DNA of 62,078 nucleotides, the filler included. It is 10 parts of 10 records of this genome, joined end to end, with 100 filler letters (N's around TTAATTAATTAA, not from the genome) between each part and the next. Parts side by side here need not be neighbours in the genome. Positions count along the whole stretch, not along the records: positions 1 to 5,003 come from SRR31147125_198576; positions 5,104 to 13,050 come from SRR31147125_198656; 8 more parts are not named here. One strand, given 5' to 3'. Position numbers and translations under genes: made by a program. Below are positions 1-10,600 of the stretch, one piece after another. Under the pieces are notes generated by a model. The model made no database searches and was not told where the DNA came from. It saw only the letters and a list, made by a program, of their open reading frames with translations. Every line of letters begins with the position of its first letter. Position 1 is the first letter of the stretch.

Positions 1-22
1 GTCGTCGTCGTCGTCGTCGTCG
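1..22 (+). repeat. (GTC)n microsatellite at the contig end (poly-Thr on the minus strand)
   Basis: gtcgtcgtc... run. Confidence 0.9.
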
Positions 23-3000
23 TTGACGACGCTACACGGCTCAAGCGTTCACGAAATGCCTCCACAGAGGATCCATCCGTGTGTACGGGGGGAGCGGCAG
101 TAGCAGCAGCAGGTGGCTCGCCTCCACCTTCCTGCCCGGGAGCACTGTTGATACCATACCGGGCCTGAATATCACGGAGACGATCCATGTATGGGGTGAC
201 AGCCGGTTTCGTGCTGGTGTCAGGAGGTGTTGCAGGGAGAACGGTTGTAGCAACGGATTTGGAAGGAGTACTGAAGGCATCCGGCGCTGCTCCTGAACCT
301 CCAGGGACACCATAGCGTGCCTGAAGGTCGCGTAACCGATCAAGATAGGATGTCGCAACCTCTTTGGCCCCGGCTGCATTCGAGGCCGTTGACGCAGCGG
401 CTCCTGTCAAGGAGGGAACGGTCAAGCCCTGTCCACGACCCTCGGCCCGCTCCCGTTCTGCTAAGCGATTCAAGTTGCGCTCGATGTATTCACGGAATTT
501 TTCACTCGTTTTCATCAAATATCTGGGACGGGCCATCGTCTCACCACGAACAAAGGCACGCCCACGGGGAGGAACGTACGGTCGGATGTCCACTGCGGAG
601 TTCTGTACTTGGAAATCGTAAAGCTCTTGTAGTCCGTCCCAGGTTGTCTCTTTGGTCGAAATCTTCTTGATGATAGACTCAAGCGCCGTCCCATGAGGGC
701 TGTCTTGTTGCTGGACTTGTGCACGGGCTGCTGCAATACGGCTGCACACCCCAACGGTAAGGAAAGGAAAGAAAGAATCTCACACACGAGGGGATGAATC
801 AAACCTCTCCAGAGAGGCTGACGGTGCAGCAATGGATGCTACGAGGGGCGTTGTTTCCACTCCCATGTTTTTCAGCATGAGGTCAATGTATCTTCGTTAG
901 GGATACAATCAGACCCACACAACACCGGCCTCATCGAAAATGGGTACACGCACTGCACAATGACGGGACCCTTGTCCAGAGGAATACGAGAGAGATGGTC
1001 ACGAATGCTCACCCCTCTTACCTTGACAATCTCGTTAAGGATCGTCTTCACGGTTCGTAGCGGCCGATCATCCGAGTCCTTCTGTCCCCGTCAGCATACA
1101 CCGGCCGATTCAAGTGCCTCACTCCCTAGCAGCACCTTGGTATACTTGGAGGGCGGGTGTGTCGTTAGGAATTGATGCAAGTCGTAGAGCAACACGTCGA
1201 TGTCGATCTCCTCAACGCTCTGACACAAAAGTTACAAGGGAAGTCGGCATCGAGCGAAGAACGCACAGCCGCCAAGGCTTTCGTCAATTTCAAAAGGCAC
1301 TTGAGAACCAATTCCGTGAACTTGCCCGCATCCGTCGGCGGGACCATCCGCAAGAAATAGAGCAGAACAGAAAAGCAGATGGTGCGATCCGCATTCTGGA
1401 ATGTGTTCACTTCGGGGGAAGAAGAGGGGAAACATCTTACCTCCAGGATCTTTAGCATAAGAAGGTTGAGGGCACGAAGAAGTTGGCTCCCATCTTCAAG
1501 AGACGGAAGTTTGTCGTCGAGCAGCCGCTCCAGGAGTTCCTGATAAACGCCACCACCGTGGATCACGCACACCACCAAATAATAACTAACACGCGACCAT
1601 CCATACTCTCATGAGATCTTGCAACGTGTCTTGCGTAATGGCTACGGCAACATCCCGCCGCAGAAACATTTGCATCAGCGTATTCAGAGTGTACCTGGGA
1701 ATAGGTGAGCAATCTTCCAACAGGAACAAGATGTGCATACTTGCAGAAGCGTGTGTAGACGGGATCCAGTGTAAAGGCCGCATGCACCTGTTTCGTCAAG
1801 GACCCTGCCACTCGATCCGCGTCCGGAATAAGTGATTTCTCATCTGATGCCAACTATACTCCCCAATGTGTGAGGATGACAGCGGCGGGCCACACAAACA
1901 AACCTTGAGGCATATTTGTTTCATGGACTCAATACGTTCGTCGATGCTATCCGAAGCAAGTTCTTTCATCCGCTGGGCAACCTCGGCCGTAGGTTGTGGG
2001 GACGGTGCAGTCCTGTGCACAGCAGGGTGAGGGTGAGGGGGAGAGGCCGTCCCGGTGTTCCTGTGTACGAACCGTACGGCACGCTTGGCTGGAGTTGCGC
2101 CGGGCAGGGTGCGACCACGACCAGCAAACGATGTGTTAAGGAGGGTAGGAGCGTTACTCAAAACCTCGGTGGGGGTGGTAGGAGAGACAGGAACGTCGAT
2201 ATTGTCCAGAGTAAGGCCGTACTCCTTTGCAACCTCCTGGGCCTGTGCGGAGCGTTCATGGCGCACATAAACCTCTGCCTCTTGTCCCTTGTCCTCTTCA
2301 TCATCCTCATCCTCGACAGGTTCAGCAGATACGTTTTCGAGTGTGGGACTGTTGTGGAGTGTCAGAAAAACAAGTGTGGTAAATACCTGGGGACGCACGG
2401 AGGAGGTTGAGTACGTGCCAGTCCCTTGCCCGAAGACTGTCGCGACACTCCTCCCACAGGCGGCAAGGGTTCGTGACTTGGCTCTTGAATTTGGGTGTAT
2501 TTGAATTTCTCCATGAGAAGGGTCCTGTGTGCATCAGGAACTCTGCCAAGGAGTTTCCAGATCTTGTCACCTTTAGGTACACGTCAGCAAGGCAGCTGAC
2601 AGAAGCAACACCAAACACAGACCAACTACGGCATAGATATTGGCAATGCAGTTGAGAGTAGTAGACCGAACGGCCTTGTCCGTGTCTCCAATGTTCACCG
2701 CGATCTCCTTGATGAGTTTGGGCTGGCAAACTTCAATTCCATGACGAACAATCATCTGACCCATCTCATCCAGACATTCCACACGCGTGCGTGCGTTCTT
2801 CGATCTGACAAACCAACAACACGTGAGGACACTCCCCCCGCGCCTTCCAAGGGATCTCCGCACTTGGACGCATCAAGGAGATACAGAAAAACCCTACTAG
2901 ATGGATAGAGATTGCATAGTTGCTGTGCATTACAGGAATGAGCAATCGATGGGAGAAGCCCTTCACAAACCTTGAGAAGTCCTCGAAGCCCCTGACGAAT

Positions 3001-5003
3001 GGCCTCTTTGTTATTGCCGGTCTACCCGTGCAGGCATCGTTGAGCTGGGAGACGTGTGCACGAGGAAACACGTGCCTTCTCCGCCAAGACGGGAGCAACA
3101 ATGTTTGCCTCCATTTCGGACATTTGATACTCCTCCCCGTCGAGAAACTCGAAGAGAGTACTGGTAGTCTCTGTTGCCTTGACGAGAATTGTTGTATTGG
3201 TGGAACAAACTTGAAGGGCCAACTATATACACCATGTTCCATTGGTTCACGGCGACAAACCAAGCAGGCACATACCCATTTCAGAAGCAGATCCAAGTTG
3301 TCCATGATTTCGGAGCCATATCTAAACGACACGAACATGTGAACACACACACACAAGAACAACCTTACACCGCGCTTCACCCACTGATCCACCACATTTT
3401 GAAAGTCTGTGAGAGCCTACAGAACACAAAGGTCACAAAGGAATCCATACAGACAAAGGCATACATGGACAACTTTCTTGAAATCCTTGTGGAACATATT
3501 CGCCAGCATGGCACTGCTCACATATCTGGACCATGCAAACCCATGACGAGGGTACAGATCAACACACGCAGGCACGTACGGCATGAGTTCATTTCGAATA
3601 TCATCAGCAGCTCCTTCCTCTTCCCAGTTGAATCTACGATTTCGATCGCGTCGAGAACGAAGGTCCTTTTGATTGTTAGGAAGCAGAAGGGGACCCGACG
3701 CTTCCATTGAATCGTCCTTCACCCGACGCCCAGCACCCACACTCGACATGCGACTATTACGTCCCCCAACCGACGACACTCTCCCACCACTTGTGGAAGG
3801 TCGCTCCTTGCCCTGGGACGAGGTGTCAGAGTGTCCCACCTTTGACAGCAGACAAGACAGGCAAGGGGCAACCTTGACAGTGGGACGACTAGCCTTGGCC
3901 GGAACTGTGGCGGGTCTCGCGTCCTCGCCCTCATCCGCCCCTGTTTCTCGAAGGAGATCCCTCTGTCTGTCCAGAATCGCTACAATGGGATTCATGGCAG
4001 CTGGTTTCAAGTCCAAATCTTGTGGCGTTTTCGTTACTCCTCCCTTCCTTATATGAGCATACACCTCACCTTTCAACACGACACGATGGGTTCTGTATCC
4101 ATGTTTTGCCATGGTCTCCGTCAATACCTCTTCCGCTAGGTGGCGCACGTCCGGTGTCTTGTCCTGTGCACACAAATCAGTTTCTCCGGGGAAGGCTCGA
4201 CCTCAAACCCACTTGAAGACACAATAGGGTAGGTTTGATCAAAGGAATCAAGTCTCCCTCACGTAATCCCTCCGTGTGCTTGATACACCACCCTAAGATC
4301 TCCTTTCGTCCATCGGATCCTTCTTGCTTCAGGACACCCGGAATCGCCTCGATGGCCGGAACACAGGATATTGCCTCGACCCACTTGTCCACAGCTTCCA
4401 CGGCCGTCACGCGCACACGAGGATTCTTTTCCGTCATACAGACAAACATTCCTGGCATGACAACCTGCACCATTCCCCTTGTGTGAAGCCACGGTGACCG
4501 TGTCGTGATGCAACGCGCACGGGTGCGTGTTGTTCAGCAGCCGCGCCCATCGATGTGGCAAGGAGACCGAGGAGGCTCAGGGTTGTGGCAGCTATGTTCT
4601 TGTTACTGTCCCCCAGCCGTACTTGCAAACTCCGCATGAGATCCCCTGATAATCAAGGTGAATAAGGGGAGCGCGTCGTGCCTGCACGGGCAATGTTCTC
4701 ACCAACAGCAGGAGCTATTCGTTTGTTGGCACCCACAACAATCCTTTCCACCTCTTCCAGCCCACTGGCTCGGTTCTAGAACAACAAGTCACACTGGGAA
4801 GAGGACGTGATGCGAACCAACCTTCCAGTTTCCATCTCCCAGCTGGGTAAGAAGTTCTGGTGTGATCTTTGCGGCGATGTTCTCTCGTGGAAGCATATCC
4901 CCGAGGCCACCACCCGCACCCGCCCCCACACCGCCCCCACCACCAGTGGACGCAGCACCCTTGCCCTTCCCGGGCCCACCACCACCACCACCACCACCAC
5001 CAC
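1..5003 (-). CDS. XMAP215: XMAP215/ch-TOG/MOR1 microtubule polymerase (TOG/HEAT repeats); spliced, truncated at both ends
   Basis: Manually spliced exons give RLGDSNKNIA, SKNARTRVECL, LLRALNLLMLKILE|NADRT, DDRPLRTVKTILNEIVK and LESIIKKISTKETTWDGLQELYDF, matching MOR1/ch-TOG segments. Short GT-AG introns separate the exons. No stop codon before position 1. Confidence 0.92.
1220..1266 (-). other. 47-nt spliceosomal intron
   Basis: GTGCGT...TGTCAG; removal joins KALAA|SVEEIDIDVLLYDLHQ. Confidence 0.85.
1396..1440 (-). other. 45-nt spliceosomal intron
   Basis: GTAAGA...TTCCAG; removal joins LKILE|NADRT as in MOR1. Confidence 0.85.
1695..1740 (-). other. 46-nt spliceosomal intron
   Basis: GTATGC...GCTCAC...CCCAG; removal gives RFCKYTLNTL. 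Confidence 0.85.
3022..3075 (-). other. 54-nt GC-AG intron
   Basis: AAG|GCACGT...GGGTAG|ACC; removal gives VLAEK|TGNNKEAIR and eliminates an in-frame TAG. Confidence 0.7.
4976..5003 (+). repeat. (CAC)n microsatellite at the contig end
   Basis: ccaccaccac... run abutting the N spacer. Confidence 0.9.
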
Positions 5004-5103
5004 NNNNNNNNNNNNNNNNNNNNNNNNNNNNNNNNNNNNNNNNNNNNTTAATTAATTAANNNNNNNNNNNNNNNNNNNNNNNNNNNNNNNNNNNNNNNNN
5101 NNN
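5004..5103. other. Artificial contig spacer; also at 13051-13150, 18570-18669, 24318-24417, 31170-31269, 36733-36832, 42156-42255, 48945-49044 and 56449-56548
   Basis: N runs flanking TTAATTAATTAA (stops in all six frames), 100 nt each; gene content changes abruptly across each spacer. Confidence 0.98.
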
Positions 5104-5157
5104 TGCCCGAAGGGCCAAGGAGCGAAGCGACGCAGCGCATCAACAGCTGTTTGCTGA
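5104..5157 (-). repeat. attC-like (integron cassette) site, truncated by the contig end
   Basis: Minus strand reads TCAGCAAAC-AGCTGTTGATGCGCTGCGTCGCTTCGCTCCTTGGCCCTTCGGGCA. The AAC core is complementary to GTTTGCTGA at the other end of the unit (5696-5688). Confidence 0.5.
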
Positions 5158-5277
5158 GGAAAACAGACCTTCCCACCACGCTCTTTGTTGTTCGCACCAT
5201 AAATGTCATGTTCTTCTTTCGTTGTATCCTGCCTGAATAGGCGCCTAGAGTGTAATCTGTTGGTCGAATCCTAGGAC

Positions 5278-5621
5278 CTACCAGCCGCGTTGTTTACGTA
5301 TGGCAGGTAACATGAGGAAGATATACACAGCTATACATCCTGATATTCCGAAAACTGCTCCGATAAACACTAACGAGAGTATTAGTGTGTAATTCACGTA
5401 CCAGCTGAGTCCAGCAACTGAGTAATACTCTCCTGCTTCATTCATCACATAGAATGATCCGTTTTCTCTGTAGCCACTACTAGCATCGCCACCCAGTTTT
5501 TCTATATTCAATTCGTAGGATGTAGCAAGAATTGCCAATAGAATCGCACTAGCGAGGAATGTGAATATTAGGACTCTTTTACCTTATTTGTTCTTTCTAC
5601 TTTAGATTTATGGCTTCTCAC
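5278..5621 (-). CDS. Small two-TM membrane protein (probable 1-nt homopolymer frameshift near 5577-5580)
   Basis: GGAG RBS and GTG at 5621. The hydrophobic segment KRVLIFTFLASAILLAIL continues in frame into ORF 5278-5538, which has a second TM near the C-terminus. AT-rich. Confidence 0.6.
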
Positions 5622-5873
5622 ACGATCTCCAACTGTTTGTGCGATTGAGAGCTTTTTCGCAAATGCTTGGTTGGCTTTCTGGTTTTTTCAGCAAACTGTT
5701 GTTATGCGAAAGTCCATAGGGTAGCCTGAAACCTTCAATTGTTCTCCAGTCTAGCCGTCTATGTTCCATCATAATCTAATTTCACCAGTCTCATTGAAGA
5801 TTGTTCAGATCGCCAGAACTCCATCTGGATGGTGTCGGTGTTGAATCAATATGAATGCTTTTGTATTCAGTGG

Positions 5874-6377
5874 TCATTCTATTGTTCCAGTCTCGATATC
5901 CAATTCTCTTGACTCGTGCTTGAAGAACTCTATTAGGAAGCCCTTCCGGACAAATGGGCGGTAAACACGGCCAGACTCATTTGGGATGTATAGAATCCCC
6001 TCAGCCCAATCAAGGGTGAATTGTTGAGATTCATCAGAAGCGATTGTAGCCACCAGTAGCCTTTTAGGAAGGTCCTCCGGTTTTTTTATATTGGCCGTGA
6101 AATACTCTAGAATCTTGCGTTGAACAAACTGAAGATCCTGTATGATGTCGCTATTTGAAATACCTGCTACTGGAGAATAGCTGATATGCGCGACAGCCGA
6201 TTGGTGCCGATCCTTCTTAGCTATCTTCAACGATACGACCTTAACCATCGTTCCGGATGGCGCTATGAGGCCGCCCTCAAAATGATCAAAGACTCGATTC
6301 GGCGTCCTGTCGCACGCAGTTACAGTCACGAGTAGGACAACAGCTGCCAGGAACAAGCCTGTGCTACGAGAGTTCAC
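5874..6377 (-). CDS. Putative lipoprotein, hypothetical
   Basis: GGAGG RBS; hydrophobic signal ending in lipobox-like VTAC. Confidence 0.7.
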   Translation of the reverse strand: MNSRSTGLFLAAVVLLVTVTACDRTPNRVFDHFEGGLIAPSGTMVKVVSLKIAKKDRHQSAVAHISYSPVAGISNSDIIQDLQFVQRKILEYFTANIKKPEDLPKRLLVATIASDESQQFTLDWAEGILYIPNESGRVYRPFVRKGFLIEFFKHESRELDIETGTIE

Positions 6378-6680
6378 AACGCGGCCTCCAGTAAGACAAT
6401 ACTATACACCAGTTCTCGCCATCATTTCATATTTTACTACCCTCGTCATTCACCCTAAGAATTATTTTTTCGGTTTTCTTTCAGACGCTACTCTATCATC
6501 GCATATGGTTACATTGTAAGAAGATACGAAAAAAGGGTTTGACTGGTCCTGAGAGATATGCCAGTGTAAATCACACTAAAAAAGTGGGTCGCAATATGAA
6601 AGGTAGATCCCCAAGGATTAGACGTCGGGTAACCGTATACTCAGAATTATGTTTGAAAAAAGCCAGGAAAGAGGGAGATG

Positions 6681-7028
6681 CTATTTCATCCTTTTCAGTC
6701 TTTCGGCGGAATCGGCCAGGGCCCAAAGCTGTGTGAGAAGGCTATCGATCTGGGGATCTGACATTCCATCGATAGCATCCATCCACCTCTGTTGTGCCGC
6801 TGATAGTGGTTTTGTCCCTGGCTCTTCTCCTGTAATGAGATACTCAACGGTGGTTCCAAGAGTCTTGGCAATTGGTACAAGCTGAGCTGCAGTTGGCATG
6901 CGGTCCTTGGACCACCACCCATCCAGCGTTCCCTTTGGAATGCCTGTCTCTCTCGATAGCCATGCCCTAGATTTCTTCCCGTTTTGAAGAAGAAGAAGAT
7001 CGATCCTATACAGGTGGTTTTCAGCCAA
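6681..7028 (-). CDS. XRE-family HTH phage repressor (CI-like)
   Basis: SRAWLSRETGIPKGTLDGW...IAKTLGTTVEYLITG HTH signature; divergent from the early operon. Confidence 0.88.
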   Translation of the reverse strand: MAENHLYRIDLLLLQNGKKSRAWLSRETGIPKGTLDGWWSKDRMPTAAQLVPIAKTLGTTVEYLITGEEPGTKPLSAAQQRWMDAIDGMSDPQIDSLLTQLWALADSAERLKRMK

Positions 7029-7120
7029 CCAAAGCCTCCAATCACCCCTCCCCAGAAATACAAGTGTATTACAATCCTTTAGTTCGGCGCACTAAAAATG
7101 CCAATTTATACAATCGAAAC

Positions 7121-7148
7121 TTGACATCGGCACATTGATGGGTATAAC
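7121..7148 (+). promoter_or_regulatory. Sigma70 promoter of the phage early operon
   Basis: TTGACA-N16-TATAAC upstream of an AAAGGAGG RBS. TCGGC(G/A)CA occurs twice (7084 and 7127), possibly operator half-sites. Confidence 0.7.
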
Positions 7149-7180
7149 GTGGTACCTAGAACGGACAAAGGAGGTCCACT

Positions 7181-7378
7181 ATGGACAATGGTGTTGTTGT
7201 GAAATCGATCGTCGATGTAGATATCAAGGCCAAGTCTGAAGCGATTCTGAGCCGCCAGGGCTATACGATGGCTTCCTTTATCAGGAAGACCCTCTGTGAC
7301 CTTGTTGACGGCATAGAATCTGCCAATCCGGATCGGGTGTTATCCGCCACTGGCTTAACTGGCGGAGACGCCGCATGA
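7181..7378 (+). CDS. Ribbon-helix-helix (RelB/DinJ/Arc-like) protein in the Cro position
   Basis: VKSIVDVDIKAKSEAILSRQGYTMASFIRKTL pattern; strong RBS. Confidence 0.65.
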   Translation: MDNGVVVKSIVDVDIKAKSEAILSRQGYTMASFIRKTLCDLVDGIESANPDRVLSATGLTGGDAA

Positions 7379-7568
7379 AGAAGTTTTACTCAGTTCCGGA
7401 ACTGTCCGAATTGACCGGACTCTCAATCATGTCCATCCATCGCCAGCGGCGTAGTGGGCAGCTTGCATATCACCAAACTGGGGGCGGATCTTCTGTTCTG
7501 AGGAAGATGTGAACGATTGGTTGGAGCGGTCCCATGTCGAGGCGTGGGCCAAAAAAATGACCGGATAG
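7375..7568 (+). CDS. Excisionase-like HTH_17 protein (frameshift at G5 run 7480-7484)
   Basis: MKKFYSVPELSELTGLSIMSIHRQRRSGQL...GRIFCSEEDVNDWLE once one G is restored; ATGA overlap with the upstream gene. Confidence 0.7.
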
Positions 7569-7608
7569 CGGTGCAACGCATAACCCGGTCGGTATAGGAG
7601 ATTCAATT

Positions 7609-7794
7609 ATGGGCGAGAAAACGGTCGAGGTCAAGCAGGTGAATCACGGGCTGAACGGCCTGAAGCAATCTGCAGACGAGCTTCTAAAAATGGCGAACGA
7701 AGCCGGATTCGATGAGGTATTCGTGTCCAAGGTTCTGGATCACAAGAGCTATATCTGTGCCATCCAGAACGTTCTTTGTGGAGGTGAGTCATGA
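7609..7794 (+). CDS. Hypothetical phage protein
   Basis: AGGAG RBS; ATGA-coupled to the next gene. Confidence 0.65.
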   Translation: MGEKTVEVKQVNHGLNGLKQSADELLKMANEAGFDEVFVSKVLDHKSYICAIQNVLCGGES

Positions 7795-8111
7795 AGAAAG
7801 AGAAGCCAATCGGACTTCATGAACTGACCATCCAGGGTGCCTGTGTCGAGGTCGATGTGACCGTTCACCCGGCGGATCCGACAGTCGGGATCATGAGTCC
7901 TGAGGTTGAGGTCCATGCTGTCTGGGTCGGTGATCAGGATATCACCGATACCACCATGCACGAGAGCATCCAGGAAGACATCGAAGAGGCGCTCCTCCGG
8001 GAATACCGCCAGTCTCGGAGTCTTTCCGCTCAGATGCAGAAGGCCTACCAAAAAGAACTGGATCAGATTGATGCAAAGGCCCGGGGCTGGGCCAGCGAGG
8101 TGACCATATGA
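7791..8111 (+). CDS. Hypothetical phage protein
   Basis: GGAGG RBS; coupled to its neighbours. Confidence 0.7.
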   Translation: MKKEKPIGLHELTIQGACVEVDVTVHPADPTVGIMSPEVEVHAVWVGDQDITDTTMHESIQEDIEEALLREYRQSRSLSAQMQKAYQKELDQIDAKARGWASEVTI

Positions 8112-8917
8112 GCGATGTAGCACTCCCAACGGGCGAAAGCATGACCATTGAGGTGGTTGAAACCGAAGAGGCCGTGGTCCCTGCGGCAAATGCAGAAGTA
8201 ACTGCGGTACCCAACTCGGGAGTTGCCGTTACCGGCCAGTATGCCTCTCTGATTCAGATGGCGATCGAAAAAGACCTGGACGTGGACAAGCTGGAGAGGC
8301 TTATTGATCTCCAGACTGCAGCCCAGGAGCGCCAGGCGAAAGCGGATTTCGATTTCCATTTTGCACAGATGCAAGGTGAGCTTCCGGCTGTAACCAAGAA
8401 CGCCGAGGCCTACGACGAGAACAAGAGCAAGCACATGTACAACTATGCCACTCTTGATTTCATCCAGAAGCTCTGTGATCCGGTGATTCACAAGCATGGT
8501 TTCTCATATCGATGGCGGGAATCGGCACTGGAGAACGAAGGGAAGCGGACCACTTTGGTCATTTCCGGATACGGACACACCGACGATGCCACGTTCTTCG
8601 ATACACCGAAGATCAACGGTACCCAGTATACCAATGCGATTCAGGTAGCTGGCCAGATGTCTACTTACGGCCGCCGGTACACCTTTGTGGCGGGATTCGG
8701 CGTCAACATCGAAGGCGAGGACAAAGACGGAGTACCTCCGGGTACCGGTACCGAATATGCCAATGAGGTACTGAATCTGCAGTCCTGCGGCAACGCCCAG
8801 GAGTTGATGCTCTCATGGCGAACCCTTTACCCCAAGATCCAGAACAATCCCGGGGCTCTCCGGTACCTGACTGGCATAAAAGACGACAAGAAGAAGGAGC
8901 TCTCCCGTGTCCGGTAA
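8108..8917 (+). CDS. erf: ERF-family single-strand annealing protein
   Basis: YNYATLD...HGFS...GQMSTYGRRY...EDKDG ERF motifs. Confidence 0.9.
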   Translation: MSDVALPTGESMTIEVVETEEAVVPAANAEVTAVPNSGVAVTGQYASLIQMAIEKDLDVDKLERLIDLQTAAQERQAKADFDFHFAQMQGELPAVTKNAEAYDENKSKHMYNYATLDFIQKLCDPVIHKHGFSYRWRESALENEGKRTTLVISGYGHTDDATFFDTPKINGTQYTNAIQVAGQMSTYGRRYTFVAGFGVNIEGEDKDGVPPGTGTEYANEVLNLQSCGNAQELMLSWRTLYPKIQNNPGALRYLTGIKDDKKKELSRVR

Positions 8918-9539
8918 AATCCACTATTTCGAACAGGGAACTGAGGAGTGGCTGAATCACCGTCTCGGAAGAGTGACGGCGTCCAGGGTCCACGGTATCC
9001 TCCGTGGCGCCAAGGGCAACTACCTGGCGTCCCGGAAGAACTATATGGCTGAGTTGATCTGTGAGCGTCTCACCGGAAATCCGACAGAGAGCTTCACCTC
9101 CGATGCAATGCGATGGGGAACAGAGACTGAACCGGTCGCCCGCGCAGCCTTCGAGGCGATCACCGGTATTGAGGTCAACACCGTTGGCTTTGTCGACCAT
9201 CCGTCCATTGAAGGCTTTGGTGCTTCCCCGGATGGAATCGTTCTCAATTCCGGCCTGGAAATCAAATGCCCGAATACCGCCACCCACCTGGAACTGCTGG
9301 AAGGCGGAAAGATCAAGCCCGAATACATCACCCAGATGCACGTCTGCATGATCTGCGATGAGGTGGATACCTGGCATTTCGTTGACTATGACCCTCGACT
9401 CCCGGGGAGCCTGGCATTTTTCCATCAGGTCATTGAGAGAGACGAATCACTGGCTTCCGAGATCGAGATGGAAGTCATGGCGTTCCTAGCGGAACTTGAC
9501 GCTAAAGAGAAATCCCTCCGGGAAAGGATGGCAGCATGA
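8907..9539 (+). CDS. YqaJ/lambda-exonuclease family recombinase nuclease
   Basis: QGTEEWLNHRLGRVTAS, MRWGTETEP, GASPDG, LEIKCP, YITQMH. Confidence 0.92.
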   Translation: MSGKIHYFEQGTEEWLNHRLGRVTASRVHGILRGAKGNYLASRKNYMAELICERLTGNPTESFTSDAMRWGTETEPVARAAFEAITGIEVNTVGFVDHPSIEGFGASPDGIVLNSGLEIKCPNTATHLELLEGGKIKPEYITQMHVCMICDEVDTWHFVDYDPRLPGSLAFFHQVIERDESLASEIEMEVMAFLAELDAKEKSLRERMAA

Positions 9540-10480
9540 ACGATCTGATTATCAAGGACCAGCTGACAGAAGTTGATGAGAGCAAGGCAGCCGAGATAGA
9601 AGCAGACTTCGCTCCGATGGTGAAGATGCTTAAGAGCTTCGAAGAGCAGTATTCCGCCGTGATGGCCATGGAACAGAGCGATGACAAGTGCAAGAAGGCC
9701 AAGCGCCTCCGCCTGGATATCGCCAAGGTTCGTATCGAAGCCGACAAACTCCGGAAGGTAAAGAAGGAACGGTACCTCCGGGCCGGCAACGCGATCCAGG
9801 GAGTCTACAACATCCTCAAGGACGCGGTGGCGGATAGAGAAGCCGCCCTCAAAGAGGTCGAGACCTACTACGACCGGATAGAAGAGGAACGGATCCAGAA
9901 GCTCCATGGTGAACGGGTAAAAACTCTGATGGAGTTTGATGTCGATGGTTCTCCCATGGATCTGGGGAATATGGCCGACGACGTTTGGGAGAACTTCCTC
10001 GCCGGCATCCGGACCAATCACGAAGCCAAGGTTGAGGCCGAACGGAAAGCTGAGGAAAGGCGGGCAGCAGAGGAGAAGCTGCAGGCCCAGTATCAGCAGC
10101 GTCGGGATGCCCTGGCCCCGTATTCCCGCTTCGGTGCCCTGGAGTACCTCTCCAAAGAAACCACCGAAGAAGCCTTCCTTGAGACTCTCCAGCTGATGAA
10201 AGCCAAGGAGCAGGAAGAGACCAACGAACAAGAGCGGATCCGGTTGGAGAACGAGAAGCTCCGGAAAGAAAAAGACGCACGTGAGGCCCAGGAACGCGAG
10301 AAGGCGGCTGCCCGCCAGAAGGCTGAGACAGCGACGGACCGGGAGAAGCTGAACGGCTGGGCTGATTCCCTGGAACGGAACCTGAATTCCCTGGCTTCCG
10401 ACTTCGCAAAAGATGCCGGCCGCCGGGCATGTACCGTTCTCCGGGATGCTGCGGCCAGCCTCGAGGCGGTGGTGGCATGA
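9536..10480 (+). CDS. Coiled-coil phage protein, hypothetical
   Basis: 314-aa E/K/R-rich helical ORF, ATGA-coupled. Confidence 0.8.
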   Translation: MNDLIIKDQLTEVDESKAAEIEADFAPMVKMLKSFEEQYSAVMAMEQSDDKCKKAKRLRLDIAKVRIEADKLRKVKKERYLRAGNAIQGVYNILKDAVADREAALKEVETYYDRIEEERIQKLHGERVKTLMEFDVDGSPMDLGNMADDVWENFLAGIRTNHEAKVEAERKAEERRAAEEKLQAQYQQRRDALAPYSRFGALEYLSKETTEEAFLETLQLMKAKEQEETNEQERIRLENEKLRKEKDAREAQEREKAAARQKAETATDREKLNGWADSLERNLNSLASDFAKDAGRRACTVLRDAAASLEAVVA

Positions 10481-10590
10481 GATTCGGAATCACCTACCGC
10501 ATCGGCACATGGATCAAGGACAGAGCCGAGAGCATGAGAGCTCCCTGGCTGAAACGTATCGGATATCTCGTCCGGAGACACCGGGCATAG
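10477..10590 (+). CDS. 37-aa basic small protein (not in the ORF track)
   Basis: ATGA overlap with the upstream gene; MRFGITYRIGTWIKDRAESMRAPWLKRIGYLVRRHRA; fills the gap up to the next RBS. Confidence 0.55.
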   Translation: MRFGITYRIGTWIKDRAESMRAPWLKRIGYLVRRHRA

Positions 10591-10600
10591 GGAGGGCTTC

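Noticed and set aside
5004-5103. Recurrent TTAATTAATTAA palindrome within N runs
   Set aside because: Artificial six-frame-stop spacer. ORFs running into it are truncation artefacts.
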